Origin: a virus
Strand: one strand, 5' to 3'
Length of the DNA: 64,000 nt
IMG/VR virus record: IMGVR_UViG_3300030104_006883
Location: 64,001-128,000 of that record
Of the stretch, positions 49,453 to 58,684 are shown piece by piece. How positions within the stretch are numbered: position 1 is the first letter of the stretch; every line of letters starts with the position of its first letter. Below the pieces are notes generated by a model. The model saw only the letters and a list, made by a program, of their open reading frames with translations. It ran no database searches and had not been told where the DNA came from. The position numbers and the translations under genes were made by a program.

Positions 49453-51420
49453 ATGGTTACGAAAAACACAAAAAATAATAATCCGAGAAACGCAGCCAGT
49501 GAGTTATTTAAAAGACTCACAAGGCTTTTGTCTGGTCCTGTTGTGGATAGGAGAAGACAAGCGCCAAGAAGAAATAAAAGAAGACAGCTAGATAAGTACA
49601 AGTTCACCTCAGCCTCTGGGCAGCAGTTTAAGAAGGCTAGTGTTAATCCGTATGAATCCCTCCAGTTAGACTTTATGGCCACCCAAAGTAGGCTGGATAG
49701 ATATGTGGACTTTGATCAAATGGAATATACACCGGAGATCGCGTCAGCTTTAGATATATATGCTGATGAGATGACAACATCTAATACGTTCCATCCGATG
49801 CTTAGAATCAAAACCCATAATGAAGAGATTAAAGGGATCTTAAGCACGCTATATAATGATGTGTTAAACATAGAGTTTAGTCTGTTCGGATGGTGTAGAA
49901 CCATGTGTAAGTACGGCGACTTCTTCCTCTATCTGGATCTTGACGAGAAGGTTGGGATTAAGAATACCATAGCGCTGCCGGTTGGTGAGATAGAAAGGCT
50001 AGAAGGGGAAGACAAAACCAACCCAAATTATGTACAGTTTCAGTGGAACTCTGGGGGCATGACTTTTGAGAATTGGCAAATTTGTCATTTTAGAATTTTA
50101 GGTAATGATAAGTTTACTCCGTATGGGACTAGCGTTCTTGATCCTGCGAGAAGAATCTGGCGGCAATTAATTTTGTTAGAAGATGCCATGATGGCTTACA
50201 GGATTGTTAGATCTCCCGAAAGAAGAGTTTTTTATATCGACGTTGGTAGCATCGCACCGCAGGATATTGAGCAGTACATGCAAAAAGTAATGACTCAAAT
50301 GAAGAGAAACCAGCTTGTAGATTCTAACACTGGTCGAGTTGACCTTAGATATAATCCACTTAGCACCGAAGAAGATTACTTTATTCCGGTAAGAGGTGAT
50401 ACTTCTTCCAAAATTGAGACGTTGCCTGGTGGCACCTACACTGGCGACATAGACGACGTAAAGTACCTGAGAGATAAACTTTTCTCTGCTTTAAAAATTC
50501 CCGCGTCTTATTTGTCAAATTCAGACGAGGGGTCCGGGGAAGACAAAACAACTCTAGCTCAAAAGGATATTCGCTTTGCTAGAACTATCCAAAGACTTCA
50601 GAGGTCTGTGATATCTGAACTAGAAAAACTAGGTATTATTCATCTGTATACGCTTGGCTATAGAGGGTCGGATTTAATATCTTTTGAATTACAGCTAAAC
50701 AACCCCTCTAAGATCGCAGAACTACAAGAGCTTGAGCAGTGGAGAACAAAGTTCGATGTAGCTAACGGAGCAACGGATGGGTATTTTAGCAAGAGGTGGA
50801 TATCCGAACATCTGTTTGGACTGGCAGAAGAAGAGCTTACTAGAATGCAAAGAGAAATGTTCTTTGATAAGAAATTTGAAGCTGCTCTTGAAGTTGCCTC
50901 ACAAGAGGTGGCTGAGCAGGGCGGCGGACTAGAGGGTCTGGGCGACGCCGGGGGAGACCTGGGCGGAGCGTTCGGCGGAGCAGGAGACGCCATGGAGGAT
51001 ATTCTTGGAGGCGAGGAAGGAATAGAAGACGAGGTAGATGCTCCGGCTGAAGAAGCAGACCAAGGGGCACTACTCGCTGAGCCGCCCGCCGAAGAAGCTC
51101 CTGCCAAAAGAGATGATGATGAAAAGATTTCTTCCAAAGGCAAAGTATATATCAAGAGGGGCCACAAGGGCAGCGGAGAAGTTAATCAGAGAAGCATGGC
51201 CGGTAGATCTAACACATGGAAATCGTCCGGAGGAAGCCGACTAGCTAGTTCTTCTAAGTCCAACCTATTTAAAGGACATGGAGACTTGTTGGGATTGGGG
51301 AGACTTTCTGAAGGTTTAGAAGCTACTTATATTAAAGAAGAGAATAAAATATTTGAAACTACTGAAGATATAAAGCAACTTTTAGAAGGACTTTCATCTA
51401 AGAAGGAATCGGAAGTATAA
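49453..51420 (+). CDS. Portal protein (gp20-like) with acidic Gly-rich C-terminal extension
   Basis: LLEDAMMAYRIVRSPERRVFYIDVG, EDYFIPVRG, IETLPGG, DVKYLRDKLFSALKIP are gp20-family motifs. Confidence 0.95.
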   Translation: MVTKNTKNNNPRNAASELFKRLTRLLSGPVVDRRRQAPRRNKRRQLDKYKFTSASGQQFKKASVNPYESLQLDFMATQSRLDRYVDFDQMEYTPEIASALDIYADEMTTSNTFHPMLRIKTHNEEIKGILSTLYNDVLNIEFSLFGWCRTMCKYGDFFLYLDLDEKVGIKNTIALPVGEIERLEGEDKTNPNYVQFQWNSGGMTFENWQICHFRILGNDKFTPYGTSVLDPARRIWRQLILLEDAMMAYRIVRSPERRVFYIDVGSIAPQDIEQYMQKVMTQMKRNQLVDSNTGRVDLRYNPLSTEEDYFIPVRGDTSSKIETLPGGTYTGDIDDVKYLRDKLFSALKIPASYLSNSDEGSGEDKTTLAQKDIRFARTIQRLQRSVISELEKLGIIHLYTLGYRGSDLISFELQLNNPSKIAELQELEQWRTKFDVANGATDGYFSKRWISEHLFGLAEEELTRMQREMFFDKKFEAALEVASQEVAEQGGGLEGLGDAGGDLGGAFGGAGDAMEDILGGEEGIEDEVDAPAEEADQGALLAEPPAEEAPAKRDDDEKISSKGKVYIKRGHKGSGEVNQRSMAGRSNTWKSSGGSRLASSSKSNLFKGHGDLLGLGRLSEGLEATYIKEENKIFETTEDIKQLLEGLSSKKESEV

Positions 51421-52250
51421 TGAAATTGAGACATAATAAAAAAAGAAATACCGCATTTATTTTCGAAGCTCTTGTCAAAGAGATGACCAAGAGCGTTATG
51501 AAGAAGAACAGCGACAAGAAGAGAAAGATTGCTGGTATTATAAAAGAACATTTTCGAAGCGGGTCTATTTTAGGTCAAGAGCTAAGACTGTACCAGTCCG
51601 TGATCGAAGAAGGATCTTTTGATTCAATTAATACTGCCGAGAGAGTATTGCAGGAAACGAAAAGACAATACAGCTTTTTAGACAAAGAGCAGATCTTTAA
51701 TGAACAAAGTAAGGTTATAAACAAGATTAACAAAATATTATCAAAGGATGTTTTTACCAATTTTGTTCCAAATTATAAGAGCTTAGCCTCAGCATATCAA
51801 ATATTTAATCAAGAAATGCCCCCAAAAAACAGGGTTTTGTTAGAGAACAAGTTGCTAGAGGGAATTGTTAGCACCACTAAGGCTGTTGCTGATAAGTTTC
51901 CTTCCGATACATTAGTTCTTAAGAATTTTATAAAGAAGTTTAACTCGGAGTATTCCGAAAAATTATTTGAAGAGCAAAAGAATTTATTAAACAATTACAT
52001 CACTTCTTTTGTCGACAATGGTATAGATTTTAAAATATTTCTAAATGAGGAACTCGGAAGGTTAAAGCAGGAGATAAGAAACGCTAGAGATCTCGAAGAA
52101 ATCGAGACAAGCCCGGAGATGCTGGATAAGACAGAAAAGGTGCTTGAATTTGTTGAGTCCTTTAGAGAAAAGAAAATAGACGATAAGTCTATAGAAAAGA
52201 TACTAAAAATACAAAAATTAGTTAGAGAGCTACAAACAGATGGCAATTAA
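51420..52250 (+). CDS. Hypothetical head-module protein
   Basis: 276-aa helical ORF coupled (TAATG) to portal. Confidence 0.6.
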   Translation: MKLRHNKKRNTAFIFEALVKEMTKSVMKKNSDKKRKIAGIIKEHFRSGSILGQELRLYQSVIEEGSFDSINTAERVLQETKRQYSFLDKEQIFNEQSKVINKINKILSKDVFTNFVPNYKSLASAYQIFNQEMPPKNRVLLENKLLEGIVSTTKAVADKFPSDTLVLKNFIKKFNSEYSEKLFEEQKNLLNNYITSFVDNGIDFKIFLNEELGRLKQEIRNARDLEEIETSPEMLDKTEKVLEFVESFREKKIDDKSIEKILKIQKLVRELQTDGN

Positions 52251-52809
52251 TATTACAATAAATAAAGACGTGGGGCTCCTAGCTGCCCCAGAAGTCCCTA
52301 CACAGCCGGAAAAGAAGCCAGTTGTTGCGACAAGAGAATTAAAGGTAAGAAAGACCCTTTCGGGTGACTTGATTATTTTCGATCATAGAGACATAGATAT
52401 CGTAGTGATGCCTGATAAGAACAAGATCATGTCTTTTTCCAAAGAATCCTATACAGAGGAGTCTTACCATTCGGCAGACAGGCTTTTTAAATATTTGACG
52501 GACAAGGGTATTGTGCAGAGAAGCAGTGTTCAGGGTGGGAATGTCTATTCTTCTCTAGAGGCAAAGATCGAGGAAACAAAAGACTATAATACTACGCAGC
52601 TTGCACTATTCACCATTGCAAACTTTATAGAAGAAGAGCGTCCCTATCTAGAATTTGAGGATGATGTAGAAGAAGCTTACGAAGATAGGATGACCGATCC
52701 GTCCCCAGAGGAGTCTAGCGAATATGACCCTCGACGCCACTCAGACAAGAAGGGGTCTGTAAGGCCAGAGCTTCGCCCGTATGGATTGTATACTAACTAC
52801 GTATACTAG
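52240..52809 (+). CDS. Hypothetical protein
   Basis: 189-aa ORF in head module. Confidence 0.6.
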   Translation: MAINITINKDVGLLAAPEVPTQPEKKPVVATRELKVRKTLSGDLIIFDHRDIDIVVMPDKNKIMSFSKESYTEESYHSADRLFKYLTDKGIVQRSSVQGGNVYSSLEAKIEETKDYNTTQLALFTIANFIEEERPYLEFEDDVEEAYEDRMTDPSPEESSEYDPRRHSDKKGSVRPELRPYGLYTNYVY

Positions 52810-52819
52810 GTTGGTTTCT

Positions 52820-53122
52820 ATGGACATTCTAATTTTTATTCTTTGCGCTTATGGCATGACGCAGATCCTCGTCTATGGGAGCATATTCAATTTAATAAGG
52901 CCCCAGACAGGGAGGATGGGCGAATTATTTAAGTGCCCTATGTGTGTAGGCTTCTGGGTTGGTGTTTTTCTTTTCGGTATTAACAAGTACACGGAACTAT
53001 TTAATTTTGAATATAATTTTGTAAATATACTGCTGCTTGGATGCTTGAGTTCCGGAAGCTCTTACATCCTTAATATGCTCTTTGGAGATAACGGTTTAAA
53101 ATTGGAAAACAGATTGAGATGA
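52820..53122 (+). CDS. Small membrane protein, DUF1360-like
   Basis: GELFKCPMCVGFWVG CxxC motif between hydrophobic segments; start moved from 52781 to ATG 52820. Confidence 0.55.
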   Translation: MDILIFILCAYGMTQILVYGSIFNLIRPQTGRMGELFKCPMCVGFWVGVFLFGINKYTELFNFEYNFVNILLLGCLSSGSSYILNMLFGDNGLKLENRLR

Positions 53123-53424
53123 CAATAACGAAAGAAAATCTTAAAAAATTTATCTTAGAGCAAGTACAGGGTCTTTTAGACCCAGATGCAGCGGACGACA
53201 ATGCAGAGAAACCGGACAGTTCACAATTAAAGCAAATAAAAAGAGGGGCAAGTACGGGGGGAAGGATGCCGGTAGAAGATTATGTTGAAGCACTAAGTGC
53301 CATACTGGCCTCTGAAAAAGTAAGTCCTCAAGTTAGGTTAGAGGCTTTTAGAAAAGTTTTTGGGCAAGGCCCAGGCGCGAGGATACACGCCGAAATAACA
53401 AAAAGAATGAAGGAGCAGCCATGA
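53119..53424 (+). CDS. Hypothetical protein with MTITKENLKKFILEQ N-terminus
   Basis: N-terminal motif similar to 41612. Confidence 0.55.
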   Translation: MTITKENLKKFILEQVQGLLDPDAADDNAEKPDSSQLKQIKRGASTGGRMPVEDYVEALSAILASEKVSPQVRLEAFRKVFGQGPGARIHAEITKRMKEQP

Positions 53425-53471
53425 GAAGAAGAAACATACCTGAAGTAAGGCGATGTTGTAAGGGATCTTAG
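53421..53471 (+). CDS. Putative 16-aa peptide MRRRNIPEVRRCCKGS
   Basis: ATGA overlap, AGGAG 5 nt upstream, fills the whole gap before the protease gene. Confidence 0.4.
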   Translation: MRRRNIPEVRRCCKGS

Positions 53472-53473
53472 CT

Positions 53474-54109
53474 ATGTCAAAGAAGCTTTTACAAGAGTAT
53501 TTTCAGTTGTGCCCTGACGGCGTTTGCGCTGTTGAAACATTAACTGAAACTGAAATTAAAAACATGGACAACGGTTCTGTTTATTTGGTAGGTGTATGCC
53601 AAAAAGCTGGTACTAAGAACGGCAATGGAAGAGTATACAAAAAGGAAACTTTGCAAAGAGAAGTAGAGGCCTATCAAAGAGCAATCCGTGAGAAACGAGC
53701 ATTGGGTGAGCTTGATCATCCTGATGACAGTGTTATCAATTTAAAAAACGCATCTCATTTAGTAACAAAGATGTGGTGGAAGGGTGATGATGTCATGGGC
53801 AAGATTGAGGTTCTCGACACTCCGTCTGGTAACGTTTTAAAAGCGTTGTTAAACTCTGGCGTGAAGCTGGGCATCTCTTCTAGAGGTCTTGGTTCCGTAA
53901 GTGAGTCCAACGGAGTAACGATGGTGGAGGATGATTTCCAACTTATCTGTTTTGATATTGTTTCGGAGCCTTCTACCCCTGGTGCTTATCTAAATCCAAC
54001 CATGAGCGACACTAAGTCGGCGGATTTAAATTTGTATATAAATGAGCAAAAAGACAAATCTAAAAGGGACATACTTAATGAAACTTTAGATGATATATTG
54101 GGAGACTAG
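53474..54109 (+). CDS. Prohead core protease (gp21-like)
   Basis: NGNGRVY, ALGELDHP (His), GISSRGLGS (Ser), DIVSEPSTPGAY. Confidence 0.95.
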   Translation: MSKKLLQEYFQLCPDGVCAVETLTETEIKNMDNGSVYLVGVCQKAGTKNGNGRVYKKETLQREVEAYQRAIREKRALGELDHPDDSVINLKNASHLVTKMWWKGDDVMGKIEVLDTPSGNVLKALLNSGVKLGISSRGLGSVSESNGVTMVEDDFQLICFDIVSEPSTPGAYLNPTMSDTKSADLNLYINEQKDKSKRDILNETLDDILGD

Positions 54110-54114
54110 ACATA

Positions 54115-54351
54115 GTGAAAGAATCTATTAATGAAATAATAAGTGAAGAGTTAGATCAATTGGAAGAGATTGACATGTTCGGCAAGAAAGCGTCAGCGAA
54201 CTATGACCGAGCCATGAAGTCCCACCATGATGATCTCGCCGCTATTCACAACCAGCTAAAAGATGCCTTGGGAGATCCCGGCAGGCTGCAACAGGTTGCT
54301 AGCGAGATAGTAAAAAAGTTAGCGCTTAAATTCAGAACGACGGATAGATGA
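54115..54351 (+). CDS. Hypothetical protein (MKESINEIISEEL N-terminus)
   Basis: GTG start with GGAG upstream; 78 aa. Confidence 0.55.
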   Translation: MKESINEIISEELDQLEEIDMFGKKASANYDRAMKSHHDDLAAIHNQLKDALGDPGRLQQVASEIVKKLALKFRTTDR

Positions 54352-54752
54352 TGAAGAAAAGTGAATTAAAAAATATTTTAAAGCCATTAGTAAAAGAGTG
54401 TATTAAAGAGTGTCTTTTTGAAGACGGAGTTTTGTCTGGTATTATTAAGGAAGTAACTCAAGGACTTTCGAGCAAGACTGTTGTGGAATCTAATCACCAA
54501 CAGGTTGAGATTTCTGATTCACGACAAAAGATGGCCGAAGAAGAGTATGAAAGACAAAGACAAGAAAGAATAAAGAGGCTTAATGAGAGCGCTTCAAAGC
54601 AATTCGGAGTCGATATATTTGAAGGAACACGGCCAGCAGCGCCAGACACAAGTGGCCAAGGAGCGTTGTCTGGGGTGGACGCAGGAGACAAGGGCGTCGA
54701 CATTGACGGGATCGTTGGCCTTGCTAAGGGCAAGTGGAAGCATTTAATCTAG
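54348..54752 (+). CDS. Hypothetical protein (MKKSELKNILKPLVKECIKE N-terminus)
   Basis: 134-aa ORF in head module. Confidence 0.6.
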   Translation: MMKKSELKNILKPLVKECIKECLFEDGVLSGIIKEVTQGLSSKTVVESNHQQVEISDSRQKMAEEEYERQRQERIKRLNESASKQFGVDIFEGTRPAAPDTSGQGALSGVDAGDKGVDIDGIVGLAKGKWKHLI

Positions 54753-54761
54753 GAGTTAATA

Positions 54762-54977
54762 ATGGGAAGCCCCATACATGTTGAGGTTACGTTAGATGAA
54801 GTCAAAGGCAACGTAACTAGAATGATTAAAAGATTTATAAAAAAAGCGAAGAAGATGCGCATTGTTGAAGAATACAAAGAAAGAATGTATTTTACCAAGC
54901 CATCTAAGAAGCGAAGGCTTGCTAAGAAGCGTAAAAAAGATAATGCTAGAAAAGCAGAAAAGAAACGAAAGAACTAA
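54762..54977 (+). CDS. rpsU: Ribosomal protein bS21 homologue
   Basis: 71 aa, highly basic; VEV...GNVTRMIKRFIKK..K.RIVEEYKERMYFTKPSKKRR matches bS21 pattern (al.rFk......i..e.r.r..yeKPs..r). Confidence 0.8.
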   Translation: MGSPIHVEVTLDEVKGNVTRMIKRFIKKAKKMRIVEEYKERMYFTKPSKKRRLAKKRKKDNARKAEKKRKN

Positions 54978-54999
54978 GTACTATTGATAGGAGCAAAAA

Positions 55000-55545
55000 A
55001 TGGCTTATGATAACATGTTCAAACGCTACCAGGCGGGAATTCAAAATGTTGGATCTTTCCAGGTAAGCGGCCACCCCTTTATTACTGGTGGGGTTTTCTT
55101 ACCCGTATCTCATGGATCTATAAAGGGCTCCGGAATGGGCGTCGATGCCGATGATCATCCTCAAGCGGTTGGTACCTTCGACACAATCGAATTTCCAAAG
55201 GTAACTAAGACTATAACCATCATTAACACGAACTTTTACACCGGAAGTCAGTACAACTCGACTTTGGGCGACGGCGTGATCCATGTTTACTTTGGTGATG
55301 GCGGAGAAGCGCACGCAGCGGCGGGAAATCAGAACAGTGCTATTGCACAAAACCACTACATTACATTGCCAAATACTAATGATTCTATTACTTTAGATAT
55401 CAAAACTAATAAAGTGCATATAGCTAACGGAGCCGCAGCCAATAGCGCGAGCTTCCAGTTATTAGCCGAGTTGACTCTTATTGAGCCTGGTGAAATGTAT
55501 GAACTCACTGGTTCTGGTATTAGTGAATTGACTGGTAGTAGCTAA
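55000..55545 (+). CDS. Hypothetical beta-rich protein, probably virion-associated
   Basis: 181 aa with AGGAG Shine-Dalgarno; carries TGS motifs. Confidence 0.55.
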   Translation: MAYDNMFKRYQAGIQNVGSFQVSGHPFITGGVFLPVSHGSIKGSGMGVDADDHPQAVGTFDTIEFPKVTKTITIINTNFYTGSQYNSTLGDGVIHVYFGDGGEAHAAAGNQNSAIAQNHYITLPNTNDSITLDIKTNKVHIANGAAANSASFQLLAELTLIEPGEMYELTGSGISELTGSS

Positions 55546-55584
55546 TAGAAAACTATTAAAAACGTCACTTTAGCGAAAAAAGCA

Positions 55585-55592
55585 CTATTTAT
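55585..55592 (+). promoter_or_regulatory. Putative late-promoter motif CTATTTAT
   Basis: Intergenic, upstream of scaffold-capsid genes. Confidence 0.6.
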
Positions 55593-55624
55593 TTGTGACT
55601 TAAAATATTTTAGGAGTGTTTACT

Positions 55625-56851
55625 ATGTCATCTATGTTGGAACAAGCAGTCATTGATGCTGCTGCTTTAAAAGAGGTAGCGCTAAAAAATGCTGAAGCTG
55701 CTGTAGTTGAGAAGTATTCGTCTGAGGTCAAAGAGGCCATGCGAACTTTGCTAGAGCAAGAAGATGACATGGACCTAGATGATCTCGACACAGACCTCAC
55801 AGGGGAAGATGACATGGAGGCTGAAGAAGACTCTGTTGTAGATAGTGTGCCGCTAGCCGCTACTGATGGGGAGGATATGTGCCCATGCCCTGACGAGGAA
55901 GAAGTTATCGTATTAGATTTCGACGATCTTGCAAAGCAGATGGACGATGAAGAATCTATGCCTGGAGAGATGATAGATGCGGAAGACACCGCTGAAGAGC
56001 TTCTTGACGATGAAGGTGAGTTGGATCTAGATGACATAGATCTACAAGAAAGCATTAAGGGCATTCTTGGCCTAGACGAGGCTGGGGCAAAGCCGGACTT
56101 CTTAGATCTCGATAAAGATGGAGACAAAGAAGAGTCAATGAAAGACGCCGCAGAAGACGCAAAAGAAAAACTAGATGAGGACGCTGATGACGACGAAGAT
56201 CAAGATGATCTTGATGAGGAAATCGATCTTTCTGAAGAACAACTAGAAGAGATTGTCGGTGCCCTGGAAGAGAAGCTCACTGTTGATATCGATGATGTAT
56301 TAACTGGGTGGGCTGGAAGACCTCAGTCGGACCAAAAGCTCGCTGCTGAAAAGATTCTTGCTCATATGCAAGATGATGAGGTTAAGGAAGAGGAGGGGCT
56401 TTCAAAAGAAGCAGTAGAGCAGGTCGAAGAATTAATGGAAGCCAAGCGAGAGCTTGAAGAAAAAATTTCCAACATTACAGAACACAATACAAAGCTAACC
56501 ACAGCAGTGGTGGCTTTAAAAGAGCATGTAGAGGAAGTGAACGCAGCTAATGCCAAACTCCTTTACACAAATCGCGTTTTAACTAGCGACTCCTTGAATG
56601 AGCGACAAAAGAATAAAATTGTCGAAGCTATTTCAAACGCGAATACTGTAGAAGAAGCAAAGGTAATCTTTGAGACACTTCAGAGCGCAGTGGGCAGCAC
56701 CGATAAGAAACAGCCAAAATCACTGAGCGAAGCCGTTGATAGATCTTCTACTCACGTTATGTCTAGCAGAAATTCATCGAAAAGACGTAACAGCGAAGTA
56801 GATCCAGCCGTAACACGCTGGCAACTATTAGCAGGACTAAAACAAAAATAA
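55625..56851 (+). CDS. Prohead core/scaffolding protein (gp22-like)
   Basis: Very acidic, coiled coil, directly upstream of the major capsid gene; C-terminal VNAANAKLLYTN...EEAKVIFETL; start moved to ATG 55625 after AGGAG. Confidence 0.75.
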   Translation: MSSMLEQAVIDAAALKEVALKNAEAAVVEKYSSEVKEAMRTLLEQEDDMDLDDLDTDLTGEDDMEAEEDSVVDSVPLAATDGEDMCPCPDEEEVIVLDFDDLAKQMDDEESMPGEMIDAEDTAEELLDDEGELDLDDIDLQESIKGILGLDEAGAKPDFLDLDKDGDKEESMKDAAEDAKEKLDEDADDDEDQDDLDEEIDLSEEQLEEIVGALEEKLTVDIDDVLTGWAGRPQSDQKLAAEKILAHMQDDEVKEEEGLSKEAVEQVEELMEAKRELEEKISNITEHNTKLTTAVVALKEHVEEVNAANAKLLYTNRVLTSDSLNERQKNKIVEAISNANTVEEAKVIFETLQSAVGSTDKKQPKSLSEAVDRSSTHVMSSRNSSKRRNSEVDPAVTRWQLLAGLKQK

Positions 56852-56871
56852 TAATTGGAGGATTTTACAAA

Positions 56872-58662
56872 ATGTCTGTTTTAGAAACATTAACTGAGGG
56901 CATTGTTAACCGTGACGTCCAGAAGGAAGGTGCTGCACTACTTGATAAGTGGTCAAACACCGGGCTTCTAGAGGGAATTGGTAACGATATTGCCCGTAAC
57001 AATATGGCACGTCTGCTTGAAAACCAGGCTGCTCAATTACTAAAAGAGTCGTCTGCAATGAGCGCAGGCGATGTCGAGGGTTTTGCTGCTGTAGCATTCC
57101 CGATCGTTCGTCGTGTATTCGGCGGACTTATTGCTAATGATCTCGTGTCGGTTCAGCCAATGAGCCTTCCTTCGGGACTCATTTTCTTCATGGATTTCAC
57201 CTACTCTGACGATACAACACAGAGACTTTCTTACGAGCAGGGCGATTCCATTTATGGTGGTGGCGTTGTTGGTCAGGCGTTGACTGGCGGTGTTAACCTC
57301 ACTGGTGAGAGTGGCGAAGATAGTTTTTACAACTTGAATAACGGCTTCTCTTCTCCAACAGGTTCCACCTTGTTTGCAGGAGCAGGCTACGTTGTAGTTG
57401 CGTCTGGTACTGTTGGAAATCCCGCTGGTACCGTTCCGCACCCACTTTCGCTGGCAGACCAGGCTAAGTTGGACAAGATGGCAAGCCATGACCCGGACCT
57501 CAGTGGTTCTGTGGTTGTTGTTTGTGAGATCACCGGAGCCACCGGACTTGCACAGCTTAACGTGGAAAATCTAATCGCCTTAAACATTACACCTGGCGGT
57601 GGACAGTTGATTCGACGCACAACGCAGCTTTCTTCGGGTTCTGTCGGAGATTACGCACCGGGCAATGCAGGATGGAAGGCGACGTTCCTTGTTGAGGCGA
57701 CTGGCTCGCAGACCATGCACGGCACCACCGCTGCTCAGATTAACAACCTAGTCGGAAATGTGACAGGCTCCCTGGCCGACGCTGCTACGTTCCCGATTAC
57801 CGACAACTTCGGTGGTACACCTACTGCTGATGGGCTCGCTCTCGGTGCTGTTGTAGGCACTACTACATGGGGACTAGAGAATGAGGTTGGCATTCCTGAG
57901 ATCGACATCAAGGTTGATTCCGTAAGTGTCACGGCGATGACCAAGAAGCTCAAGGCCAAGTGGACCCCAGAGCTAGGTCAGGACCTCAATGCTTATCACA
58001 ACCTTGATGCAGAGGTTGAGCTTACTTCGGTTCTCTCCGAGCATATTGCTCTAGAGATCGATCGTGAGATCCTTGAGGATCTTGTTAAGGGCTCGACGGC
58101 TGGTACACTGTACTGGTCACGCCGTCCTGGTAAGTTCGTTAACCGCGAGACAGGCGCAGGAATTAGTTCTTCAGCAAATGAGGAGCTTCTCGGTGCAGAC
58201 TTCACGGGTACGGTATCTGAGTGGTACGAGACACTCATTGAGACAATCAATGACGTCTCCGCTAGAATCCACAGAAAGACTCTCCGTGGTGGCGCGAACT
58301 TCGTGGTGGTATCACCTGAAGTCGCTAACCTCATGGAGTTCACTTCTGGATTCCGCGCTTCTGTTACTCATGATGAGGACAGAGGAACCGCAGGTGCTGT
58401 AAGAGTAGGTAGCCTTAGCAAGAAGTTCGATGTCTATGTCGATCCTTACTTCCCACGTAACGTGGTTCTAGTAGGTCGCAAGGGATCAAGCTTCCTTGAG
58501 AGTGGCTATGTATATGCCCCGTATGTACCTCTACAGGTCACACCGACCATCTTTGGTACGGAAGATTTCGTACCACGTAAGGGTGTCATGACCCGTTACG
58601 CCAAGAAGATGGTGCGTCCTGATATGTACGGTCTTGTCATCGTAGAAGACCTAATCGGGTAA
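56872..58662 (+). CDS. Major capsid protein (gp23-like)
   Basis: PIVRRVFGGLIANDLVSVQPMSLPSGLIF, TKKLKAKWTPELGQDLNAYH.LDAEVEL, YAPYVPLQ, PRKGVMTRYA. Confidence 0.97.
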   Translation: MSVLETLTEGIVNRDVQKEGAALLDKWSNTGLLEGIGNDIARNNMARLLENQAAQLLKESSAMSAGDVEGFAAVAFPIVRRVFGGLIANDLVSVQPMSLPSGLIFFMDFTYSDDTTQRLSYEQGDSIYGGGVVGQALTGGVNLTGESGEDSFYNLNNGFSSPTGSTLFAGAGYVVVASGTVGNPAGTVPHPLSLADQAKLDKMASHDPDLSGSVVVVCEITGATGLAQLNVENLIALNITPGGGQLIRRTTQLSSGSVGDYAPGNAGWKATFLVEATGSQTMHGTTAAQINNLVGNVTGSLADAATFPITDNFGGTPTADGLALGAVVGTTTWGLENEVGIPEIDIKVDSVSVTAMTKKLKAKWTPELGQDLNAYHNLDAEVELTSVLSEHIALEIDREILEDLVKGSTAGTLYWSRRPGKFVNRETGAGISSSANEELLGADFTGTVSEWYETLIETINDVSARIHRKTLRGGANFVVVSPEVANLMEFTSGFRASVTHDEDRGTAGAVRVGSLSKKFDVYVDPYFPRNVVLVGRKGSSFLESGYVYAPYVPLQVTPTIFGTEDFVPRKGVMTRYAKKMVRPDMYGLVIVEDLIG

Positions 58663-58684
58663 TTTTAGAGCTACTATAGCTTAG

